64,000 nt of DNA. Source: Amphiscolops sp. MND2022. Its lineage: Eukaryota. Where the stretch lies: NCBI GenBank assembly GCA_964187785.1, contig OZ076409.1, forward strand, positions 3,722,001-3,786,000, read 5' to 3'. The notes beneath the pieces were generated by a model, which did not search any database, was not told the DNA's origin, and worked only from the letters and a program-made list of their open reading frames with translations. The position numbers and the translations under genes were made by a program. Positions 1-10,437 of the stretch are shown here, piece by piece. Each line of letters opens with the position of its first letter. Position 1 is the first letter of the stretch.

Positions 1-52
1 TTCAATTCAATTTCAAATTTCAGCCAATCAGATTTCAGCATAAATATTCTGC

Positions 53-385
53 GGGAACAGGAATAACGTCTAAAAGTCCACCGGGAATAACGTCTAAAGG
101 AATAACATCTAAATCTGAAATGAACGGTGAACGGGAATAACGTCTAAAAAACGGGAATAACGTCTAAAAAGTGGATAACGTCTAAAAAGCGGAATAACGT
201 CTAAAACTGACATACGTTTAATATGTCAAAAAAACCATCAAAGTACGTCTGAAAACCGGGAATAACGTCTAAAAAGTGGAATAACGTCTAAAAAGCGGAA
301 TAACGTCTAAAATTGGCAAATACGTCTAAAACGTCAAAAAATCATCAAAATACGTGGCAACGGGAAGAACGTCTGAGAAATGACA
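53..385. repeat. Irregular array of GGAATAACGTCTAAAA motifs, probably the subterminal arm of a MITE-like element
   Basis: About a dozen copies of (G)GAATAACGTCTAAA with short variable linkers. The motif resumes at ~4395 and occurs inverted at ~4439, on the other side of the LINE. Confidence 0.8.
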
Positions 386-510
386 TCTGAGAGAGAGAGA
401 GAGAAAACACTGTATTATTGTATAGGGATAGCTGGTGCCAGTATACAATAAGTGTAGATTGATTTATGCTGAAGCATAAATGATTTTTTCAAGTTTTACA
501 GGGCGATAAA

Positions 511-3500
511 TCAGGTGAAGCGGAAATCACGCCAAGTATGAGATGTATGGATAGGCATACGACTACTTTCCAAAGTTAGATGCCTTCTGAGACGACTTTT
601 GAATGTGTGTAGACTTATACTAGTGTCTCTTAAGTACAACGGAAGTGAGTTCCACTTCGAAGAAGAATGATGAAAGAAAGAAAAAAGAGATACATGACTT
701 CCCACGTAAATTATCTGATTAGTGCGATCGTTCCACCTGAAAATCGCCGTAGGTAACTTTAAAGAGCTCTGGAAGGCTTTTTTAGTATTTTTGAGATATT
801 GGAACAGAAATACTAGAGATTTCAAATCGATAAGTTGCTTTATTCCAATTATTTTCTTTTTTTCTCTCAGATCACTCGACGATTTAAAGCTCGAACGGAA
901 GTAGACAGATTTTAATGCCCAGTTCATCTGTTTCTCAAGGGAAAGTAGCAAAGGAGGGGATATTTGAGTGAAAAAAATCGCAGAGTATTCGAAATGACTG
1001 ATTATTAGCGCGTGGAAAAGCATGACTAAGACTGTGGTCGGAAATTTGTGTTGTATAGATTCAATAGTTTTTATTCCAACTGCCATGTTTTTCAGAACCT
1101 TTTTTACCTGGGTTTGGAAAGTCAAGTGTTGATCTAACGTTATTCCAAGATATTTACATTCACATTTCTTTTTGACAACTGAGGAGCACACGACAACTGT
1201 TTCGGAGTCTAGCTGTCTCTTGTCTTTTTTTCGGGAAAAAGTTATGAATTCTGTTTTACTACCATTCAAATTTAGTCGATGGGACTTAAAGTAACTTTCA
1301 ATTTTCAAAATATTTGTTTGCAAACATTGCAAAGCAATGTCAGGGTCCTGGTGACTACAAAAAAGCAAGCAATCATCGGCGTACTGGATAATGCGAGCAT
1401 CCTCCGTTATCTGTCCAGTCAGGTCATTGACATATAGGTTAAAGAGCAGTGGTCCTAAAATAGTGCCCTGGGGAACGCCTTGTTTCAGTTCTATCCAATC
1501 CGATTTGACACCGTTCAATGAAACCTGCTGCAGTCTATCACTGAGGAAACTTTTTATAAAGTTGATGGCCGAAAATGAGAAACCAAGAGACTTGAGTTTA
1601 GACAAAAGGATTTCATGTGAAAGTGAGTCAAAGGCTTTTGATAAATCCAGCAAGACTGCATGAACTATCTTTCCATCCTGAATTTCCTGTTGAACCGATT
1701 TGGTGAAAAACAAAACAGCATCTTCTACTGATACTTTTTTCCTAAAACCAAATTGGAGTGGAGCGAGGAGATTTTTTTCTTCAATGTAAGCTGTAATTTG
1801 CCTATGAATACATTTTTCAAGGATTTTGGAGAACGTTGTTGTAATCGAGATGGGACGATAATTTTTGGGATCTAGAATGTCATCTTTTTTGAAGATGGGG
1901 GTTATAGTCGCTCTCTTTAACATCGTAGGAAATACACTTTCATAAATGCACTCATTCAATATGAATGTTAAGTGAGAAGTCAAAATTTGCTTTCCATCAA
2001 TTATAGCCCAAGCGGGCACCTTACAAGGACCGGTAGGTTTGTTCGGTTTCAACTCATTGATGATATCGTAACAATCTTTCACTGTGATTGGACTAAAAGA
2101 GAACGAAGAATCACCGGCAAGGAAGGATGGAACTTCATCATTGATATTACCAAAATATTGACCAAGGTTCGAAAATATCAGGTTGAAATGATCGGCCATT
2201 TCCTTGTCATCAACTATCATTTTACCGAATGAATTTCTCACTGCTGCAAGATTGACCGACTTTTTATTTTGCCCTCGGGCGGAATTTATGAAATTCCATC
2301 TTTCCTTAGCGGTGCACAGAGAAGAAAAACAGCTCCAGGCAAATTTCTCCTGCTTTTCTTTTAGTACCTTAGAAAGTTGATTTCTAAGTTTTGAGTACGT
2401 GGACCAAGTTTGAGCAGAGGTATTATTACAGTATTCGTGGTAAGCTGCTTGGCGTGCCTGGGTTAAGGTTTTGCACTCGCTGTCATACCAGGATTCTTTG
2501 AAAAGTTTAGGGGTCCTTTTTCGGAGAAAAATTTTTTTGACGGGTGCATGCTTTTCCACAACACTAGCTAACATATAGACAAACAGATTGAACATATCAG
2601 TAGCATTCGAACAATTATAGATTCTAAACCATGGGATATTTGATAGTGACAGACAGAAAGCGTCTTTTTGGTATGTACTCAAATCGAACTTTTGCAAGAT
2701 TGTGCACTTCTGTTTTTCAGCGAAAACGTTTGTGAAAACTACTGAGCCAAAATGATCTGTTTTAAAAAGACTGTTGAAAACAAAGCATTTACCGTCTAAG
2801 ATGTTTTCAGCTATTATATAGTCAATGTGTGTTTTTGTAGTTTTACAGACACGCGTAGGTAAATTTGGGCTAGCTACGGAGAACCCATATGGTAATATGA
2901 CAGTTTCTAGGTTTTCCCGTTCAAGTGGGGTGAGGTAGTCTAAATTGTAATCGCCCATCATTGTGATGTTTGCAGTTTCGCACGTGGAGTTGTCTATATT
3001 TGTTTCTAATTGTTCAAGAAAATCATTTTGAAATTGTTTCATAGGATTATAAGTTACGTTAATCAACATGGTTTTCTTGCAATTTTTTGAGAAATCATTC
3101 CTACATTCTACCCAGATGGAGTCGAACTTAGTTTTATCAAAAAGGTTGAGATCTTTTCGTTCCCTCGGAGCAAGTTTCAAAGGTACAAAGAGCATTACAC
3201 CACCACCCTTTTTTTTCGAATTTGCAGAACTTCGGTCACATCTGAAAAGCTCGTGGGTGTTTGAAGCTACATTCCAAAAAACCATGTCATCACTAGGAGT
3301 TAACCAACTTTCTGAGATACCCACAATTGCGTTCGTTCCCATGTCGTTCACAAAAGATTTCAACTGAGTATGTTTTTTAGATACATCTTGAAAGTTCATG
3401 TGGACTATGCGTAAATTTTGTTTATTTTTGTCGGACAACTTGGAAAAATTATCATAGCTAATTTCAGGACCTGGATTTTGCTCAATATCTCCGCATAATT

Positions 3501-3564
3501 TCAAAAGGGCTCTAGCGAATGTTAGAAAATCGAATGAACAAAATGCATCAGATATCCCAAGGTT
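511..3564 (-). CDS. LINE ORF2: N-terminal 2A peptide, AP endonuclease, reverse transcriptase
   Basis: GDIEQNPGP; APE motifs GISESW, MGDYN, HIDY, TDH; RT motifs LDLSKAFD, GVPQGTILGP, QYADD. The frame is open back to the ORF1 stop, with no AUG before the 2A motif. Confidence 0.93.
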   Translation of the reverse strand, partial: NLGISDAFCSFDFLTFARALLKLCGDIEQNPGPEISYDNFSKLSDKNKQNLRIVHMNFQDVSKKHTQLKSFVNDMGTNAIVGISESWLTPSDDMVFWNVASNTHELFRCDRSSANSKKKGGGVMLFVPLKLAPRERKDLNLFDKTKFDSIWVECRNDFSKNCKKTMLINVTYNPMKQFQNDFLEQLETNIDNSTCETANITMMGDYNLDYLTPLERENLETVILPYGFSVASPNLPTRVCKTTKTHIDYIIAENILDGKCFVFNSLFKTDHFGSVVFTNVFAEKQKCTILQKFDLSTYQKDAFCLSLSNIPWFRIYNCSNATDMFNLFVYMLASVVEKHAPVKKIFLRKRTPKLFKESWYDSECKTLTQARQAAYHEYCNNTSAQTWSTYSKLRNQLSKVLKEKQEKFAWSCFSSLCTAKERWNFINSARGQNKKSVNLAAVRNSFGKMIVDDKEMADHFNLIFSNLGQYFGNINDEVPSFLAGDSSFSFSPITVKDCYDIINELKPNKPTGPCKVPAWAIIDGKQILTSHLTFILNECIYESVFPTMLKRATITPIFKKDDILDPKNYRPISITTTFSKILEKCIHRQITAYIEEKNLLAPLQFGFRKKVSVEDAVLFFTKSVQQEIQDGKIVHAVLLDLSKAFDSLSHEILLSKLKSLGFSFSAINFIKSFLSDRLQQVSLNGVKSDWIELKQGVPQGTILGPLLFNLYVNDLTGQITEDARIIQYADDCLLFCSHQDPDIALQCLQTNILKIESYFKSHRLNLNGSKTEFITFSRKKDKRQLDSETVVVCSSVVKKKCECKYLGITLDQHLTFQTQVKKVLKNMAVGIKTIESIQHKFPTTVLVMLFHALIISHFEYSAIFFTQISPPLLLSLEKQMNWALKSVYFRSSFKSSSDLREKKKIIGIKQLIDLKSLVFLFQYLKNTKKAFQSSLKLPTAIFRWNDRTNQIIYVGSHVSLFSFFHHSSSKWNSLPLYLRDTSISLHTFKSRLRRHLTLESSRMPIHTSHTWRDFRFT

Positions 3565-4290
3565 TCATATAAATTTTTTAACACTTTTACATGCACTGGC
3601 AAGGAGCTCTTTATCCCATTTTTGCAGTTTATAAAGGTTTTCAAATACGAGTTTTTCATTATCTTGCATAAAGACAATTATTTTTTCATTAACAGTATGC
3701 ACTCTAGCAACATCATCCCGTTTCCTCAATTCACGAGTTATTTTAGCTCTGATTGGGGTAAGATCATCATTCACAAAAATGTTGGTATTTTTGAGATTGC
3801 GCTTGTTTTTCATTAGCTGATGTTTCGTGTCACGTCTCACAAATTTGGCTATCAGAGGTTTGGGGCCAGACCCTCCGCCAGGTAAACGGTGGCAGGTACT
3901 TACGTCATTGGCAGTAATTTGGACACCGGCCTTTTCAGCAACACTAACCACCTTCGCATAAACGTCCTCGCCTGGCTCTTCTTGCACTCCGAAAATGCGC
4001 ACATTCTCCCTTCGCCCATACTGCTCTATGCTGTCAGCCTCGATGATTGGCGCCAGGTCCTCCGTGGTACACCGACTGGCTTTGTTCAGCTCCTCAAATG
4101 CACAAAATCCACACAGGAAAGGCCTCGCGAAGAAATTCTTGGGAATTTGTGTGGGTACCCATACATTTGTCCAGATGACACATCCATTCCCATCCACACC
4201 AGGTCCAGTGCATTCAATCAGATGGTTGCTACCTTCTTCCTTTTTGCCCTGATTGATGGAGGATGTTGATGGGTTTCGCGCAGACGGCAT
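3565..4290 (-). CDS. LINE ORF1 (Cys-rich PHD-like N-terminus plus L1-type RRM/CTD)
   Basis: EQYGRRENVRIFGV, CHRL...LIAKF and IFVNDDLT are typical ORF1 motifs; clearly homologous to 5150-5881. Confidence 0.88.
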   Translation of the reverse strand: MPSARNPSTSSINQGKKEEGSNHLIECTGPGVDGNGCVIWTNVWVPTQIPKNFFARPFLCGFCAFEELNKASRCTTEDLAPIIEADSIEQYGRRENVRIFGVQEEPGEDVYAKVVSVAEKAGVQITANDVSTCHRLPGGGSGPKPLIAKFVRRDTKHQLMKNKRNLKNTNIFVNDDLTPIRAKITRELRKRDDVARVHTVNEKIIVFMQDNEKLVFENLYKLQKWDKELLASACKSVKKFI

Positions 4291-4473
4291 TTCGTCGGGC
4301 CTTCTCTTTTATCAGTTAATCTGAAAAGACTTATTAAACAGCCGCAGCTATTTAATAAGTTTATCACAACAATTAGGCTGATAAATACAAAACAGGAATA
4401 ACGTCTAAAATAAATCATTTTTTGAGAGTAGCGTCTGGTTTTAGACGTTATTCTTGTTTCGAAAAGGCTTTCT

Positions 4474-4687
4474 GAAAGCGAAAAAATCAAAATGTGGGGC
4501 ATATGCGGTGTATGCACGCTCGCCCTCATCGTCGCAAAGACCAGCTCCAACTACGATCGCTTCGCGATCTCCGTTCCGCTAGGTCTTGGCTCCTGTTCGA
4601 CCTCGCTTAGCAAGATGGGAACATAAGCGGCCCCAGGGGGCCGCGGGCCACTAGAAGGAATGGGGACATATCCGAGGCACGTTTTAT
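4474..4687 (+). repeat. GC-rich ~210-bp interspersed repeat core (copy 1)
   Basis: Closely matches 10055-10265; contains a GCGGCCCC-NN-GGGGCCGC hairpin followed by CACTAG. Confidence 0.85.
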
Positions 4688-4910
4688 GCTTTCCATCATT
4701 CCTACATTATTTAGTCTTATCGTTTTTCTACAATTCCAGAATTCTACAAACTGGTATTCTACAAACTGGACCTAACCAGTTTGTAGAAAACCAAAAACAA
4801 TACCAATATAATGCGGGACGTTTCGGCATGAAAAATTTTCCGAAACGTCCCGAGTTTTTTTAGCCCAAACGTATCGAGTTTTTTTTGACGAAACGTCCTG
4901 TTCCCAGACA

Positions 4911-4988
4911 TAGCGGGAACGGAGATCGCGAAACTGGTCTCAGCGACGGTAAGGGCGAGCGGGCATACACCGTATTTGACCCCACATT
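4911..4988 (-). repeat. Diverged, partial, inverted copy of the same core
   Basis: Reverse complement reads AATGTGGGG...GGTGTATGCCCGCTCGCCCTTACCGTCGC...TTCGCGATCTCCGTTCCCGCTA. Confidence 0.8.
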
Positions 4989-5149
4989 AGGTGAAGAAAA
5001 GTACCTAAATCAATTTAAACGAGTTTAAACGCTTTGCAGGAGCAAAAACCTAGCAAAAAAGAACCAGCCCAATTGTTGTGATAAACTAATTAAATAGCCT
5101 CGGCTGTTTAATAAGTCTTTTCAGATAAATTGTTAAAACGACCGTCAAG

Positions 5150-5881
5150 ATGGGTCCCTCACGAACAAACTCAACTTCAACTAACCCGGCGAAGAAAGAT
5201 GAAGGTAGTAATCACCTGGTCGAATGCACAGGGCCCGGAATTGATGGGAGCGGCTGCGTCATCTGTACCAACATCCGGGTACCAATGTTGATCCCCAAAA
5301 ACTTCTTCTCTAGGCCTTTCCTCTGTGGTTTCTGCGCCGTAGAAGAGCTCAAAAAGAATCAAAATTCTGCTGCTGGAGACCTGTCTCCTGTCATCGAGGC
5401 TGACAGCATAGAACAATATGGGCGCAGGGAAAAATTCAGGATCTTCGGCGTGGTGGCGGAATCAGGCGAGGATGTCTTCGCAAAGGTGGTTAGTGTGGCG
5501 GAGAAAGCAGGTGTGTCAATAACAAAGAATGATGTTAGTACCTGCCATCGTTTACCAAGTGGTGGTGCTGGCCCTAAACCACTAAATGCTAAGTTTGTTA
5601 GACGAGAAACTAAACATCAACTAATGAAAAACAAAAGAACAACTAATTTGAAAAACACTAACATCTTTGTAAATGATGACCTTACCCCCCTTCGTGCTAA
5701 AGTAACACGTGAATTGAGGAAAAGAGATAGTGTTCGCAGTGTGATTACAGTTAATGAAAAATTAATTTTGTTCCTGAATAATGATGAAAAGTTGGTTTTT
5801 GACAACCTCTATAAGCTTCAAAAATGGGATGCGGAACTACTTAATTGTGCCTATAAAAGTTTGAAGAAGTACTCCCCCTGA
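5150..5881 (+). CDS. LINE ORF1
   Basis: 243 aa, aligns end to end with ORF1 of copy A. Confidence 0.88.
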   Translation: MGPSRTNSTSTNPAKKDEGSNHLVECTGPGIDGSGCVICTNIRVPMLIPKNFFSRPFLCGFCAVEELKKNQNSAAGDLSPVIEADSIEQYGRREKFRIFGVVAESGEDVFAKVVSVAEKAGVSITKNDVSTCHRLPSGGAGPKPLNAKFVRRETKHQLMKNKRTTNLKNTNIFVNDDLTPLRAKVTRELRKRDSVRSVITVNEKLILFLNNDEKLVFDNLYKLQKWDAELLNCAYKSLKKYSP

Positions 5882-8800
5882 GACATCGGGATATCTGACA
5901 AAATAATTCTCTTTCTTCTGTATGCTGAACTTTTGATGTTATGCTGCGGTGACATTGAACTGAATCCAGGTCCTCAGATGTGCTATGAAAACGTTTTCAA
6001 AATAACTGAAAAGTATAAAAACAACTTACGCTTTGTTCATCTGAACTTTCAAGATGTATGTAAAAAACATATGCAATTGAAGTCTTTTATTAATGACATG
6101 GGCAAAAACGCTATTATTGGAATTTCTGAAAGCGGGCCTACTCCTAACGATAAAATGTCGTCATGGAATGTAGCTCCGAAAACTCAGAAACTTTTCAGAT
6201 GCGACAGGAGTTCAGCTAACTGTAAGAAGAAGGGCGGAGGAGTTATGATTTTTGTACCCTTGAGACTAGCTCCCATCGAACGTGATGATTTAAATCTCTT
6301 CGATAACTCAACTTTTGATTCGTTATGGGTAGAATGTCGTTGTAATTTTTCGAAAAACTGCAAGTGTAAAATGCTTTTGAATATAACTTACAATCCCTTG
6401 AAGAAATACCAAAATGATTTCCTTGAACAATTATTGACAAACCTTGATAATGCATCTTGTGAATCTATGGAAATAACGCTTATGGGTGACTACAACTTGG
6501 ATTACCTCACTCCGCTTGAAAACGAAAATCTTGTACGGTGGTGTTACCTTATGGGTTTACAGAAGCGTCTCCTTATTTACCAACTCGAGTATGCAAGTCC
6601 ACAAAAACCCACATTGATTATATACTAGCTGAAAATATTGATGTTGAGAAAAGTTTTGTTTTTGAAACTCCTTTCAAAACTGATCACTTCTGTTCTGTTT
6701 TGTTCACCGAAGTAAGTGCGGGTAAACAAAAGTGCATAAGACTACCCAGATTTGACAAGACAAAATACGTAAAGGCTGCTTTTTGCCAAACACTGTCAGA
6801 TATTCCATGGTGCAAAATCTATCAATGCTCAAGTGCTAATGATATGTTCAATATGTTTGTTTATCTGCTATCAAGTGCCCTGGAAAAGCATGGTCCTTTC
6901 AAAAAAGTTTTCTTGAGGAAAAAAACTCCGAAACTTTTCATAGAAACATGGTTTGACGAGGAATGCAAAAACTTACTACGTGAACGGAAGTTGGCCTTTG
7001 AAAAATACTCCAAGAGTTCATCATCTGGAAATTGGTCTGCTTATAGTAAACTACGATCAAAATTATCGTCCGTTGTGAAAGAAAAACAAGAAAGATTTTC
7101 TTGGAATTGTTTTATCTCTCTCAAATCGTCAAAAGACCGCTGGAAATTTATAAACAACGTAAGGGGTCAAAATCAATCAGTCAACATTGCAGCTGTGAAA
7201 AATTCTTTTGGAGACTTGATTGTCGATGATAAGAAAACTGCTGAACACATCAACTTCATCTTCTGTAATCTTGCCAATATTTTGGTAGAGAGTATGAGAG
7301 TGCTCCTGTATTTAAGGCTGGTGATGAGTCGTTCTGCTTCTGCCCAATAACAGAAAAAGATTGTTATGATATTTTGAAACAAATAAATCCCCACAAACCA
7401 ACTGGTCCCTGTAAAGTACCTGCATGGGCAATTATTGACGGTCAACAAAACCTTAGTCCCTCATCTGACATTTGTTCTAAATGAATGGATCAAGGATTTT
7501 GTGTTTCCTTCAATGCTAAAAAGGGCAGTAATAACTCCAATTTTTAAAAAAGATGACATCTTGGACCCGTTAAATTATCGCCCCTTTTCAATAACTACTC
7601 CGTTCTCAAAAATCCTGGAGAAATGTCTGCACAAACAAATTACTGCTTACGCAGAGAGTCGTGGGATACTCACACCACTTCAATTTGGTTTTCGATCGAA
7701 AGTTTCTGCGCAAGATGCCATTTTGTATTTCATTGAAACAATCCAACACGAGATCGAAATTGGAAATATAGTACTTGCTGTCCTGCTTGATCTATCTAAA
7801 GCTTTTGACTCACTTTCACATCAAATTCTTCTCAAGAAACTCGAATCGTTACATTTTTCACCTCCGGCTACACAAATTGTGGAAAGTTTTTTAACAGGTC
7901 GATTGCAGCAAGTCTCTGTGAATGGTGTTCTGTCTGAATGGATTGAATTGAAACAAGGTGTCCCCCCAGGAACAGTCGTAGGACCATTATTTTTCAACCT
8001 GTATGTGAATGATCTTCCAGAACTTATAAGCAGACCTGCTCATATATTACAGTATGCTGACGATTGTTTAGTTTTCTGTAGTGATAAAAAATCAGAGATT
8101 GCTCTTGAAATATTGCAAGACAATATATATAAATTAGAAGAATACTTTTGTCTGAATAAGCTGAATTTAAACGGAAGTAAAACGGAATTCATAACCTTCT
8201 CCCTCAAAAATGATAAACACCTCAACGACTCAGAAACAGTTACTGTGGGCTCCACCTTAGTAAAGAAATCAGACCATTGCAAATACTTATGTGTAACCAT
8301 TGATAAACACCTCGGGTTCCAAACACAAGTTAAAAAGGTGCTGAAAAATATGGCAGTTGGTATCAAAACTGTTGAAACTGTCCAAAGCAGGTTTCCAACT
8401 GGGGTACTTCTCATGCTTTTCCACGCACTTGTGATGAGTCACCTGGAATATTCTCTATTGTTTTTCTTCAAAGTTAGTTCTTCTTTGTTGCTCTCACTAG
8501 AAAAACAGATGAATTGGGCTTTGAAAAGCGTGTTTTTTCGTTCGAATATCAAGTCATCTCATGAATTGAGAAAAAACAAATGTATAATCAGTATACGTCA
8601 GTTGATTATGTTCAAATCCCTGATTTACTTCTTTCAGTACATTAACAATTTAAAAAAGCTTTCCAAAACCAGTTGAAGTTACCTACAGCAACATATCGAT
8701 GGAATTCCCGTACGAATCAAGTTATTTATACGGGTATTTTTTCATCTGTTTCAACATCATCATTCTTTCATTGTACTGCACTGAAGTGGAACTCACTACC

Positions 8801-8912
8801 ACTACATATGCGAGATCCAAGTGTGAGTCTACATGTATTCAAAAGTAGATTGAAAATTCATCTGGAAAAGAGTCAAATGCAGTTCCGATCCAAGGAGCTA
8901 GTACCTGCGTAA
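5882..8912 (+). pseudogene. LINE ORF2 (2A-APE-RT) with several frameshifts
   Basis: Pieces 5933-6628, 6538-7350, 7435-8676 and 8673-8912 are collinear with ORF2 of copy A; GDIELNPGP and QYADD present. Confidence 0.92.
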
Positions 8913-9237
8913 TTTCCGCTTCAAATAAACCTGTCTGTCTTTCTTTTTAATTGTTGTAAAGTTCGAGAAAACTACTTATGCTTGCATAAGTCATCTACAC
9001 TTTTTGTATGGTAAGCTGTCAGCTATCCTCTTACAATAACATAGTGTTGTCTCTCTCTCTCTCAATTGGATATCAAGGGTTTCGATCCATTTCCGATCTC
9101 GCTTTTCGATCACACAAACATTCGATCTCAAAATACCGTACCAGAAAGCGCAACCTGCAACCAAAAGAAACTCTTCATTGATAGGTTGTTCCGTTGAATA
9201 TGGGACAGTTTGCCAAGACCCAGTTTGCCAAGTTCGG

Positions 9238-9929
9238 TGTAACGTCAAGCTAGTAACTACGTTCTAGAACTGGGACAGTGCCCGGATAGCTTCAACAAGA
9301 GACCAGTGTCTATAAACAGCCTGGACATTAGTTTTTAGTCCCAAAAGGTCTCAGTAGGGACTTTTCCAAGACGCCGTGGAGACTCCTCATTTTAGAGCTC
9401 CGTGGCGACGTGCCGGCACACTCAAAGTCCGGACACGTCCCACAAGCATGTAAAGACATATCCTAAGGGTTCCTGCGGTCCTACATACTTCCGAGGTCCG
9501 AAAACAGAGGTTCAGCTGAAATACATTCTAATTCGGAAAATCAGGTCTAAAACAATCAACATTGGGATCTGCCAGATTTCAATATCACCATAAACTTGCA
9601 AAAGTTCTTATTGGCACCAAAATCAATCAATATGATCGCCTTCAGCATGTTTATGTCAATTCTGAAGTTTTGGACATCATCCACGAACAGGTGATATTTG
9701 GATTTTGGGGCATTCTATTGTAACAACCCGCAATTTCGTGATTGGATGGCACAATCATGGGTTTTCTGATGTCTTCAGTGTCTTGACATCGTCTCGTTCT
9801 CTCCTCTCGTCTGGGGGGTGTCTTTTTTTCTTGCATTTGCTTCCTTTTCGATTTCAACGACCTGCCAGGTCGGCCATTTTGAATCGCACCTTTTTTGGTT
9901 CTTGGTCGAATTTTTGGTACTGACTGGTG
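9238..9929. mobile_element. Solo-LTR-like repeat, right end truncated
   Basis: Starts TGTAACGTCAAGCTAG and is homologous to 22885-23006 joined to 39627-40216; the terminal GACGTTACA is missing. Confidence 0.7.
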
Positions 9930-10437
9930 TCCCTACCTTGCCCATTTTGCCGAATTAATTTTCGGCAAAGTGGGCATCGAAATTCGGCAAAGTGGGTATC
10001 GAAATTCGGCAAAGTGGTCAAGGCAGTTGTATACATCTGCAAAAACAGACTTTTGAAAGCGAAAATATAATGTGGGGCATATCCGATGTATGCACGCTCG
10101 CCCTCACCGTCGCAAAGACCAGCTCCCACTACGATCGCTTCGCGATCTCCGTTCCCGCTAGGTCTTTGCTCCTGTTCGACCTCGCTTAGCAAGATGGGAA
10201 CATAAGCGGCCCCAAGGGGCCGCTGGCACTAGAGGAAATGGGTACATATCCGAGACACGTTTTACACTTTGAATCACTTTATAGCTTTAAAAGTCTGTTT
10301 TTGCAGATGTAGACAACTGCCTTGCCCACTTGACCGAATTTCGATGCCCACTTTGCCAAAAAAAATTGGAAAAATGTCCCATACTTTCGGTAAAGTGGGA
10401 TTCGGCAAAATTGGATTCGGCAAAAAGGGCATATACC
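9930..10437. mobile_element. MITE/foldback element with long inverted arms around the GC-rich core (copy 2 at 10055-10265)
   Basis: About 9965-10060 is an inverted repeat of about 10284-10357; arms are built from TTCGGCAAA(G/A)TGG units. Confidence 0.75.

Larger units (their letters stand above)
389..4380 (-). mobile_element. Full-length, apparently intact CR1/L2-group LINE (copy A)
   Basis: ORF1 plus APE-RT ORF2, 3' stem-loop and (CT)n tail at 389-404. The 5' UTR matches copy B. Confidence 0.93.
5065..9063 (+). mobile_element. Full-length CR1/L2-group LINE (copy B) with disrupted ORF2
   Basis: Same 5' UTR, ORF1, 2A-APE-RT layout, 3' stem-loop and (CT)n tail as copy A. Confidence 0.92.

Noticed and set aside
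53..385. CRISPR-like appearance of the GGAATAACGTCTAAAA array
   Set aside because: Spacers are very short, irregular and themselves repeated; no cas genes; eukaryotic transposon context.
3565..3567. In-frame TGA codons (both LINEs, lectin gene, Copia) as evidence for a UGA=Trp code or selenocysteine
   Set aside because: Trp is encoded by TGG throughout and TGA ends genuine ORFs (e.g. 511-513, 30806-30808). No SECIS was recognised. The lectin and Copia stops fit single point mutations.
4626..4654. Hairpin plus CTAG as a definite Helitron 3' end
   Set aside because: Homology between copies continues past CTAG, the next base is A rather than T, and there is no Rep/helicase. Kept only as a possibility.
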